A stretch of DNA of 55,792 nucleotides, filler included, from Sphacelaria rigidula (Eukaryota): the NCBI GenBank assembly GCA_964200075.2. It is 4 parts of 4 records of this genome, joined end to end, with 100 filler letters (N's around TTAATTAATTAA, not from the genome) between each part and the next. Parts side by side here need not be neighbours in the genome. Positions count along the whole stretch, not along the records: positions 1 to 13,874 come from CAXNAA020002616.1; positions 13,975 to 27,847 come from CAXNAA020002617.1; 2 more parts are not named here. One strand, written 5' to 3'. How positions within the stretch are numbered: position 1 is the first letter of the stretch; every line of letters begins with the position of its first letter. The position numbers and the translations under genes are program-made. The notes under the pieces are model-generated. The model saw only the letters and a list, made by a program, of their open reading frames with translations. It had not been told where the DNA came from and ran no database searches. This document shows, one piece after another, positions 13,225-24,470 of this stretch.

Positions 13225-13474
13225 GTATGTTGTATGTACTGTGTATTAACACTGTACGTGATAACGACATTTCTCGTTTTTCGTCGATTTTTTTTTTTCC
13301 GTTTTCTTGTTTTTTTGTCATCATCATCAAGTAGATATATAACGAATAATGGCTGAATGAATAAGTAATAGGGTTGATTTGCAGACAAGTATTCGCTCAT
13401 GTAACAAGTAGTAGTCTGTCCAGTATTTCGTCACACTTCAAGCTCCCCCCCTCCATATACACACATGTATATAT

Positions 13475-13592
13475 AACCGGGGGGAGGGGGGCTCATTTGC
13501 TGTCTGCTTCAATCGTGGTCAATGGTCAAACGACCAAGGGGCAAGGGGCAAGCAACAAATGAGTACGCCCTCCCCCCCCCCCCAACCCGGTT
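13475..13592. repeat. Short palindromic insertion in a TA-rich tract
   Basis: AACCGGGGGG...CTCATTTG / CAAATGAG...CCCGGTT inverted ends flanked by TA repeats; the right part resembles the LINE-like tail at 52890-52950. Confidence 0.6.
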
Positions 13593-13874
13593 ATATATAT
13601 ATATATATGCATGTATCTACATGTGTGCTTGATATGTGTGTGGATGGATATCGCTTTTGCGCGTATTTCTTGTGTGGATCAAGTCTCAACGGTACCATGT
13701 GATACTTTGAAGTATGAATTTTTGACCTGTCGGTTTTTGCGGCGATTCGGCATGTGCAAAGTGGTTGTTTTGCGAATAAATGGTCCAGCTCTGCTCCGTT
13801 TTTGCGAGCATTATATGTGTCAGGTAACCGCCCCCGCCTGCGGACCCACTCATGTCGGAGCGGTACTAACCCAA

Positions 13875-13974
13875 NNNNNNNNNNNNNNNNNNNNNNNNNN
13901 NNNNNNNNNNNNNNNNNNTTAATTAATTAANNNNNNNNNNNNNNNNNNNNNNNNNNNNNNNNNNNNNNNNNNNN
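13875..13974. other. Artificial contig linker
   Basis: 44 N + TTAATTAATTAA (stops in six frames) + 44 N. Confidence 0.97.
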
Positions 13975-14276
13975 CATTGTGCGGTGTTGAGGTTCTCCCA
14001 CGCCGCACAACATGATCTAGCTCGAATACCATCATGTTTACCGCAGAAAAAACGCAAGCGCGCGAGAAAATCGTCAACCTGGTTGCCTAGCTTACGCAGT
14101 GAGTGGGGTGTTTTACAGCGTCATCGCCAACCGATGCTAACCCCATCGGGAGTCCGCCCCTACGAAGCAGGGACGGATCACGCCGGGTTCTCGCCGCACC
14201 AGGCTGAAGGGGGGGAGGGGGGGGAGGGGGGTACGTTTTAGGTCACGAGGGTGCACGGCACGGTACGAACGCCCAG

Positions 14277-15013
14277 ACATAATTCGCCCACTGGGGCCGT
14301 CGGCCTTGAAGAAGATGCAGAGTGAAAGACGAAAAAGAAATCGATGTTCCGTGAGGAATCGCCCAAGTCAGGAGGAAACAACAAAGCAAGGCACAACGCA
14401 AAGTGCAACGCATATTACCCCAGTTTGGAAGGTACCTGTCCGAGCGAGCTGAGCCGGAGGCGAAGTATCTTGTCGTAGATAACCATTGTCGTGGCTATTC
14501 GGAGCTCCATCCCCATAAGCGAAGCCTGAAAATAGTACGTATGTTGGCAGACGCTGCCCAATCGCAACAGCGCACGAGAGGCCAACTTCATGTAGGTCGC
14601 GATCAGGTCCCACGAGATTGATCATGTGCATCACAGTCGTGGTTCAGCAACCCGACAGACCGGTCACAGTCTTGTGATATGCTCCTAGTTGCTCATGATC
14701 GCGAATTGTAACGCTGATTCTGACGCGAGTCTCACGCGACTCGTCGCCCAGTATGAATGTCGGTTCACAGAAAACACGCCTGGCATCAACTTTGGATTGG
14801 GTTGGGTTCAGTCGTGTACCGGTACCTCTCAAGTCATCTTGTTTTTACTGTACTCGTGGTGGTGCTCATTGCGCAGGGAGAAGACATGCAGCCGTAGCGC
14901 CCTGCTACTACTGTACATATGTCGCACGCGAGCTAGGAATATTCATCGACAACAAAAAATTATGGCACCCCGCCGGCTACGGTCCAATTCTTGTCGGGAG
15001 ACATGGGAACGCG
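14277..15013 (+). CDS. Candidate 4-exon fragment of an unknown protein (exons 14277-14350, 14424-14534, 14689-14821, 14937-15013)
   Basis: Four AG/GT-bounded segments with compatible phases splice into a stop-free peptide of about 130 aa; no family recognised. Confidence 0.3.
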
Positions 15014-18000
15014 GTGAGGACTGGGTGTGATTCCAAGTGTTGTTCTGTCTTGTGCGCAGTGTCGTACGCTGCGTGGTGTGTGGCGCACCGATAACAAGTC
15101 CGTCGCCAGCGGGGCAGGTGTTGGGTTGGGTTTTCTCCTTCCATCAAGGGGAAAAAAAAAAACGATAAGAAGTCCTCTTGTCCTCCACGAACGTTAACCA
15201 ATAGAGCGTTCATTCGATACGTAGGTGAACAGAAGTTGAATGCACAACCATATGACTTACGCTACACATACCACAGTACGGTAGCAACGTGTTGACCTCA
15301 GATCCACTGAACCCTTTTGAAGCCTGGCGAAAAACAGTACAAACTCCCACGTGCGAGCTTTCGTCACCGGAAAAACGTCACTCCGAGTTCGGTGCGAAAA
15401 TCTGTGACATTAGTATACTTGAACTTAGAGTGGTGTACCGTTGTGGTGGGCTGCATAATCAACACTTGCAGAAGAACAGCCATACCTTGCCCGAAAAAAC
15501 GTTATATGCAAATCGTCATTTTTCCATCAGCGGTCCCAAAAGGGGCTAAACATGTAAAGGTCCGTGTATACCACAGAACACAAAGGGCTCAAATGAAAGT
15601 CATCACGCACCGTTCGTTACTATAGAGTCAGGGAGTTGCGCAAACGCCCGGTGGGACGTCCGGAGAAATAATAAGAACACTCAAAACTTTACCTGGTAAA
15701 TAACAGGTGAAGGTACCCCTTACGAGCCCGAGCTCAGAACGCCCAAAAAGTCAGGGGTCGTTTAGATATGGCTTGACTGTTAACTCGTGGAGGTCACCAA
15801 AAGCGCCAATGCTGTAGCGTGGCAGACTTTTCTCGTGCCCTTCAGGCCAGCGAATCAACGAAATCGTCGAGCACTGTCTGAGTAAGTTGAAACACGTCCA
15901 CTGTGTTTAAATAATATGTAATCAGCTTTCAGTTTCAAAACGGACTGACTATACACGGGTTGACGATGCATGGACACCACTTTGGCAGCAGCGATTGGAT
16001 CGAATGGGTTAACCGTTGAGACCGTCCCTTACTGCAACAGTGTAGAATACAACCGAAAGCACAGCGATACGATTTGTATCTCGTAGTCGATCACCTTCTA
16101 TAGGACTTGTTTCTCGTAGACAGACATCGAGGGTATGTGGTTAACGCACCGACGACAAGTAGGCGGGGGATGATACCGTTGACCGCCAGCTCCCATTCAA
16201 AGTGTACTGAGTTTACAGACTTTGCCAAATCCTTGCAGGGTAGCTTGGACTTTCAACAAATTTTCTTCCTTCTCACCGCGCGCAGTGTTATATCGAGACG
16301 ATAAACGCCACATTCTGAAAATCACACTCGCGAATATGATTATGCTTGCCATGACCAGTTTCGAGACTCGTGGACAATCCCATACAGCAATGGCCGTAGA
16401 GAACATCGTGTAGAACGACGACTCATGCACCGAAGAGGAACGGGACGGAACGATGATATCATTCTGACAACTTCACTTTGATAGTCCGCTACTCTTTGTC
16501 CGGCCAGCACAATGAGCCCCCCTCACCAGAGCCCGGCCTCAAGGCGTTTGGCGCAACGACAGTTGTTAATGAGATTAAACTGTAGGCCTGGCAAGCGGAA
16601 GTGACCCGTTGAGGAGTTTCATGCCTGCTCCATCTTGGTTTCAATTTCCCCCTCCTGCTTATTGGCGATGCCCTTGCCTCAAGTCCAAAGTGCCATACAC
16701 ACGACGTAGCTCAATGGGCGTGATGGTTTGAAGAATTCTCTCTGGAATCATGACATGCGGCGCATGTTCTGGGAAAGCAGTTTCAGTACCCAGTGTTGGC
16801 TTGATCGTTCCGTACGGGTAATGGCACTCTTCGAACAGCCCGAGTGGTTGTAGGAAAGCCCGACAAAAAATTTAGGTATCACATACTTGAGAACGTTTCT
16901 TGACGTTGAATTGTGTTGGGTTGGACGTTTTTAGCTTTGGGATCTTCGATCCAATTTTTGGCCCCCAAATAGGGAATATCGACACCATATATTTTGGACC
17001 CTTTGCACTTCCCCACGAAGAGGAGTCGATCCCCCTTTTCTGATTCGCTTGACACCGAGGTTTCGAGAATGACCACCGAAAACAAATCCGACTACGCGTA
17101 GACATGAAAAGAGAATGTGGTTTTTAGGTTTCTGTAATGATGTTTCGACTCTTCTAAATCGTGCTCATATTTTTCATGTCCGGCTGGATTTTTGTTCAGA
17201 AGCCGGTCTCGAAAGCTCGGAGCCAAACGAACTGGAAAACTGGGCTAGAACCCTCTCCGTGGGGTGATGCAAGGTGTCCGGGACACGTGATGGCGATACT
17301 TCCTGTTCGGAGGTTACAAGCCGTGTCAATCATCCTCAAACTGAAAAATCCAACAAATACAAAACTCAACGACAAGAAACGGCGTGGGACCAAAAGTAAC
17401 TCTGGAATGTGCTTCGTTTTGACGGGGGAGGGGGGTGGTATCGCTGCGACCAATCGCAGGCGATGTGATATGGGAGCATGATCGCTATTTTCTCGATGAG
17501 CCATGGCTACGAATAGGCCGGCTGAATGTTGACATGTACCGAGATTTAACTCACAAGGAGCAAGAGTCAGCCAGCCAAGAACACACGTGTTTTTAGTCGC
17601 AGAATCGCCGGCCTTCAAGACTTTTTCTTGACCCGGGTCACGCAGTGTGGGGAGACCGCGCGACTCGTGACGGATGAGATAGATTCGGAGCCCCCTTATC
17701 GGTAGGGGTGGATGCTGCGATTCCTACCTAGACTCGCCGCATTTTTTACTCCCAAGCTTCGAAAAAGGGTAGAACGCGACAGAATTCATTCCCCGCCGAA
17801 GCGAGAGGAGCCGGACATGAGTTCGAGTGCTGGAATTACCGGGTGACAGTACATATCCAGTGTTGAGCACCCCGAGTTGTCAGGTACGAGGCGAACGGGA
17901 CGAAAAGACTACCGTTTGCGTTTTCGTAATCGTACCGTGGTATATAGAAAGCTAGGCCCCACCACCAGGTACAATTACGATACACGATAGCGCGGTTGAC

Positions 18001-18938
18001 CTAGTAGGTACCTCAGTCCCCGCCAGCGGTGAAGGTGCTACACTTTTTGAAGCATGGGCGTATGGCCCCGCTTAGACAAGACACATTGTTTCCATACATT
18101 GTACCTGAAAACAAGACCCCCGAGCACGACACAGAGGGCGTAAAGCCATCCTTCCCAGCTCTCGGCATTCTCGTCCTCGAAGTAGCTGATTAGTCTCCCC
18201 AGAGCAATTGCCTGGTCATCGCGTTAGTCCGCCATCATGCAGCGAGAAACAAAGAATAAGCGGAGGTACAAATCGTAACTCTATTTAGGCTTAGGATTCC
18301 AAGAGCTTCGCTCCTGCTCATGTATTTGTTGTTCGCTTGTCTGTCTGTGTACCCGTCGGTCTGTTTGCCCTTTTTCTCGTCTACAGTGACCTGTGTGCCA
18401 GCATGCCAGATAGTCAGATAGACAACCAGCCGCTTTGACTCTCTTGTCGATGTTGCTGTTTGCCTATGTGGCGGTGTCTGTGCTTGTCCCCTTGTGTTCA
18501 ATTCTCGCCGCCTCAGAGTAACTTACACGGCAGTCAACAGAGTACGAGTCGGTACTTCTCTCGGCATGCTGTTGAGCCCCGGGCCATTTCCAACAAGCAG
18601 AACGACAAAAAGAGACGCCAGACAAGAACAAATAAAGACAAACTGCGTGCACACAAGTACTTTCTACCATGGAGCACAACGAAACAGGTCCAACCCGGCC
18701 AAAACCCTGCTGCCAAGAAGAGAGCCTGGGGAAAAAACCAAGGAAGGAACGCAAGTGGCGATATGCCACGAAAGGCGGGAAGCAGCAAACGATCGAGGTT
18801 GTCACTGGGCTCCCCCGGCATTTTCGCATCTTAGAACAAAAGCACAAACCAAAAACATGTGATGGCCTCCGCGACGCCTGCGCGCCGAAAATGCGCTAGT
18901 GAACCTGAACCAAACTCAGACGGATTGGAGTGAGCAGA

Positions 18939-19140
18939 GTAATGCGTGGGATGATCGCGTGCTTTTTGGATCGCATCGGAGTTTAATTACCCCTATAGTT
19001 AAGGTTAGGGTTAACGTTAGTGTTAGGGTCAGGAGCGCGGTCCCTGCAGGGACTGGCCCGCGCGGTCGTGAAAAACGTCGATCCTGGGGTGTTTGAATTC
19101 CGATGCGGTTCAAAACGCACGCGGTCCTCCCACGCATTAC
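18939..19140. mobile_element. MITE-like foldback element with internal degenerate TTAGGG repeats
   Basis: Perfect terminal inverted GTAATGCGTGGGA/TCCCACGCATTAC, extending imperfectly for about 55 bp. Confidence 0.7.
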
Positions 19141-20877
19141 AAATAGAACGGCAAAATCTCTGCATGTCCTTCTCCCTCTTTCTGATAAGATGTATGACGG
19201 TAGAAGGAGCCATATGGTTCCGTGGGGACCCGATGGCCATTGACATGCCGTAAGGAGCATATGTTGAAACAGATGTTTCGTATGTTTTCAAGTTCAAGCC
19301 CAGGATAAATCAAGCCGTCCATCACGGCAGACACACTCTATTTTTTTACTCAACGTGTAAGACTCAGATAGGCTAGGACAATCCGAGTCGACGAACAACC
19401 CCAACCTCCAAGAACTGTTTGGTCGTCTTTGTCTCCGAAGGTTTTCACGGCCATTCCTCACTATCGCGCACCTGGAATATGTGGAACGTGCTGACTAGCA
19501 CGAGGAGCAAGCCCGTGCGGACCACAGTGCCTCTGAAGGTCGCAAAGAGGGCGAGAAGTAAGGTGAGGCCTTTTCGCCTCCCCTGTACCCCTGCCTCCGC
19601 AGCGGTACCACCTTGCTCGGCGTTTTTGTCTCCGAGTTTCGCCCTTTCCCTGCTGAAACAAAGTGGCGACTAGCTGTCACTTTAGGCGGGTTTGTCAAGA
19701 GGTAGATCGAGGGATACTATTGTTTGTCGGGGCGTTGGCTGAGTTGCAACGATTTCGATTTAATTTGTCTTCCCATGGATGAAACGGAAATCAGCACATT
19801 CAACTGACTGAGCAGACCAAAGCAACACGAGGAAAAAATACATGGGTTGGAATCGAAATACATTGTAATACGAGATAATTCATTGTCGTTCCTCACGGTC
19901 GACAAAACATTGGCCGTAAAAGAACCAGCCACGGAGCACTGTAAACAAGCAGGTCGTTGCTTTTCACTGCTTGATTGCAAACGTTGTGGTTGTGTCGCTC
20001 GATGGCGACTCTCAGCTTTTTCAACAGCAGCAAACAACTAAAGAGCAAAGGAGAACAACGGAAAGACGATCATAGCATCATGCCTTGCAGAGAGATGTTG
20101 GCAAAGATCGAACAACGTAGTCAACTCGCGTGCTACTCCAATGTTAGATCGCTGGAGTTCCTCTGACCAGCGAATCAATCCGGAAGACGCACACTCAACA
20201 TGGGCGTAAGACTTCAACACGCCCTAGACACGATATTCAGCAGCTACTGGTTCCAAAACCCTCGGTCAAAACATGATCTGGACACTTTCTACGATATCCC
20301 CCCCCCAAAAAGTGCATGGTTTTAGAAGGCGAAATCTTCACGTAAATCGAAATAGGAAAGGACGAGCACAACGAGAAGCTGAGAATTCCCACACTTGGGT
20401 TCGTTCTAGCCAATGTCGCCAATGTGAGGCGCTTCATGCAGCCTGAACCCAAACATCAGGCGCTGTATGGCCATTTGTTTTCGTGACATTTCTGAGCTGG
20501 TTTTTTGGGGGGGCTTTTGTAGAAAGTGTCTCTAAGGGCATATTACTTCATGTGGAATGGTATTATGACATGTGCACGGAAACACGTGCCGCAGCGCATA
20601 TAAGAGGTACGTGAGATAGTGCGCACACACTTACCAACGACAAAAATAAATGATTCCCCAACGACGCAACATGTGTTTCGTGGAAGCGGGAAACATTCCT
20701 AATCGTCCAGCGGAATTACCTTGGGTTCACATATGAGCCATCATATGTTTGAGATGACGCGTACTGAACAGGACCTGAAAACGTCGGTGCATAAAATGCC
20801 TTTTGCCGGTGACAGCGAGCATCGGACCGATTGTTGACGGATACGCTGAGAGCTTGCATACGGTAAGCATACGCATT

Positions 20878-21010
20878 TGCATACGTGCGCAACGGTGGCT
20901 TGAACAGCCAGTCGATTTCTTCTTTGAGTACAGGCAGCAGACACGTGTGCATACGCGCGGAACGGTGGCTTGAACAGCCAGTATATTTCTTGTTTGAGTG
21001 TAGGCAGTAC
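20878..21010. repeat. Tandem duplication with a unit of about 70 bp
   Basis: AACGGTGGCTTGAACAGCCAGT...TTTGAGT..AGGCAG occurs twice. Confidence 0.75.
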
Positions 21011-22329
21011 AATTGTAGAACGGCTACACGACCGGGGTATTGTACGGCAATACTTCAAGGATTCGCATCGTTTGCGGGTTATCATGCCGCCATTCACTAC
21101 GCATATAGGGGCATACGCTGCGTACCAACCGCATTACTTCATGAAAAGCATCGCACGGACATGACACGCGCGCTGGATATGACAAAAGCACGTGACCGCG
21201 AAAATTGGCACGGTACGAGAACTAATGAAACACTGGCGGCTCAAGTACTGGCACTGACGATCGTGGCAGATTTGCGTGCGGTGTTCGATGCAGACATTAA
21301 CGTTCAGAGCTGGTCCTTGTACCCCCAGACGGTTATTCACACACGTTCCCCTCGATATGCTCCCTGGAGTTTACCGTTCATGATCCTCCCTGGCAAAAGA
21401 ACGACCCTCACCTTTCCCAACACCTCCGGAGTGTGTCGTACAAGTGGCGACTGCAAACACACATATATATATATATATATATATGTTTACATATCCGTCC
21501 CGTTCCAGCCATTGAGATGATCGTGCCGCGTTTATCCAGACCATTCGCCACAAACGATGATGCGCATCAACACGAAATACGCGAAACCCGTCCACCGGCG
21601 CGGTACGTCGTTTGGGTCGACGAACGATGGGCCGAAGGCACACAACAACAGGTAGGGGGAGGGAGGGAGACAGGAGCACGTCATATCAACCAGCGTCACA
21701 CCGAAAACTCTGCGGCATGTTTGCTCATTGGTCAGCCAGGGCTAGCGGCATTCGAGGCTGGCTTCACCCGGCGAAACATAAAACCAAACCGATTTTGAAA
21801 AGCCGCCGGCCGTACAACACAAATATTAGTAGTAGAGGGTACCTCCAGAACCAACGTAGCGTGGAAGATCAGAGCGTAGCGGGATCTGAAGTTTGTGTAT
21901 CGGGAAGAATCGGTACATGATGCAACCGGTTCAGCGGTCGGATTACTGTAAAATGATTCATGGTAGTAGGCATAATGGGGGTACACGTGGTTGATTGGGG
22001 CGCCGGAAAAAGATACGCTGTTCCAATACCCCATATAGAACTGCGGCAAAGTAACGTATATCATTCAGCCATGAGATCGAGCAGCACAGCCAGCGTTTCT
22101 GTTTGTTCAGCCATGTGGTCAAGCAGCGCACGCAGCGTTGTTGGTTTCGGCGTTTCTGCACGGCAGCACTTCTCTTTAGCACAAGTAACATTTGTCTGTC
22201 ATGTCGGAAGCCTTCCACGCATCGTAGCTGTCAGGAAGGGCGTCCGGACGTGACGCACTAGCAAGCGCCCTTACGAACAGTCAGAGCCACAACAGCCCGC
22301 AAGACGGCGGTGGACAATGACAAGCACAA

Positions 22330-23854
22330 AATCTTGGCATACATGATCCAGGCGGGGCAGGTGCTCCAGCCAACGTTAAACTGGTAGTGCAGGACGCCAG
22401 CTCCACGTCGCAGAAACTTGCTTCCCAGATGGACGCACTGCTTCCCATGACTCAAGCCACCGCGGTGCGGGTAACCACGCACAAGGACGAACTTCAACAA
22501 CCCAAGGGCATACAACAGCCGAACCCTCCGCCGGAACCATCATCGGCATCAGCTGCGGCAACAGCTGCGGCTCCAGTGGCACCCGCCGGGGATACATCTT
22601 CCTCCCGGCTCCTGCAGTCGATCAGCGTTCTTCAATTCAGTGGGATCGAACGCCCCGGCCCCTGCCCCACCAGGACCGCCCGTGATGTCCATAGCAGAGC
22701 GGGAAGGGGAAACAGCCGACTCAATTGCGTGGGAAAACTTCGGCTCACATCGGACTCGGGCGCTTCTACCGAAGAGGTCACCGATCACCTCAGATGAATC
22801 TAGGCTACGCTTCGACGAGGAGGAGGATCTGAAACTGGCATCAGCATCAGAGATGTTGAGCACAATCTCAGAAAATTCGTCCATTTACTACTCACTATGG
22901 ACGAGCAGTCATGGCCCCATTCTACGATTCCAGCTATTGACGACACTTGGTAAGGTTCTGTCGGATATGACTGCCTCAGGGGTAGGCACGATCTCTTCCT
23001 GGCTTACCGCGCATTTTTTTACCGGCCCCACGACCAAACTGGAGGACCTACTAACCGTCCCAACGGTGGCGTAAGGAAAATTTCTGCACGTCGGTCACGC
23101 CCTCGACGATATTCCCGACACCATACCCGACCTCATCCCACGACGAGCTCTCGCTTCTTCATTCACCTGAGAGGTTGCTGCGACAGGCAACCTTTTCCAC
23201 TCGCCGGATAAACGCAAGGGTGGTACACCAGCCCAACAAGCAATCCAGAAGCAAGCGCTAGTCGAGACGCGCAGATCACAAGAGGAAAGCCTGCCATATA
23301 ATGCGTGGGTTGTGTAGCGGCGCATGCGCAGCTTTTCCCAGCAACAGATATCCACATTGGGATATCCACCTTGATCCGCAAGCCATCGGCGGGAGAAACA
23401 GCGCAGCACGGCGGACGCGTGGGCGGTAACAACCACGATAGTGGCGCGCGCGCAAGACGTGGTACATAACCGCCGGCCAACAGCATGGCCATCGTGCTCT
23501 TCTTGAGCGGTGCAAACCGTCAATGACAACAGGACAACTACGGCGCGGGATGGGAGTCAGGCGCTGGTTCGGCCAACAGCGGAAACTTTGGCACCGGCAG
23601 ATGGGGACACGGAGGTGGTGCGGGCAGCGGGCGATGGAAATGGACACGGCTCAGGCAGTAGGTGCGGGTACGGGCTTCACGTTGCGGGGCTAAAACCATC
23701 ACAATTGGTACTGCAGTCGATCGGCGGACGCCTTATGCCGGCGTCGTGGTCATCTGACGAGTGCGGCGTTACACAACCCATAAAACATCAAGGTATGACG
23801 GCAGCAAGATCAGTACCAGTACGGGTGGTGTTGGATGAGTTTTTTCCTGCATGA
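22330..23854 (+). pseudogene. Decayed intronless ORF of unknown (probably TE) origin
   Basis: The frame of ORF 22640-23074 continues to 23854 with a few stops; it is preceded by a Pro/Ala-rich frame at 22387-22620; no motif recognised. Confidence 0.3.
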
Positions 23855-24399
23855 TATCACAACGCTACCGTAGGACACTTTGAAGCAGCTGCACGAACAT
23901 GGTGTTGGTGAGTCTTTTCCTTTAAGCTCGCACAAACTACCAAACTGTAGCACGCTCAAAACGCACTTGCACGAGAATGTAAGACAATGACAAAATAAAT
24001 ACAACGGCGCCGTATGACATTGGTTAAAGCACGCAACACGCAAGCAATGTTTAGATGTGACCAGATCGAAGGTCTGCAGCAAACGGCACGGCAGCATACG
24101 CGTAGAGTTTCATATCGTCGGCACCACGCAGCAACAAGCAGCAACAACAAACAATGGACATGACTATAGGTTGAAGTTTATGGAGAAATGTTTCGGAAAC
24201 TAATGAGCCGTATGGCATGATCACTTCTATATGACCCGACTTGCGTACTAGTGATTACGGGCATGTGAATGCGGGCCGTCAATGAATGCGGACCGTCATT
24301 TCGGGCCTGTCACCCTGGGATCGTCATCCTCCAGTTGTGTATTCTCCCACCATTATTACGAATCTTTTGTGCCGACTTAACGCTTGGTCGATTTGAGAT

Positions 24400-24470
24400 G
24401 GAAGCCGCAATTCGAACCCGGGACCTTCTGTTCATGAGGTACACGAGTTATCTCATGGTGTTGCCATTGT
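24400..24470 (-). repeat. tRNA-derived SINE head or tRNA pseudogene
   Basis: Minus strand reads ...CCTCATGAACAGAAGGTCCCGGGTTCGAAT... with a B-box and an anticodon-loop-like CTCATGA; cloverleaf not intact. Confidence 0.45.
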
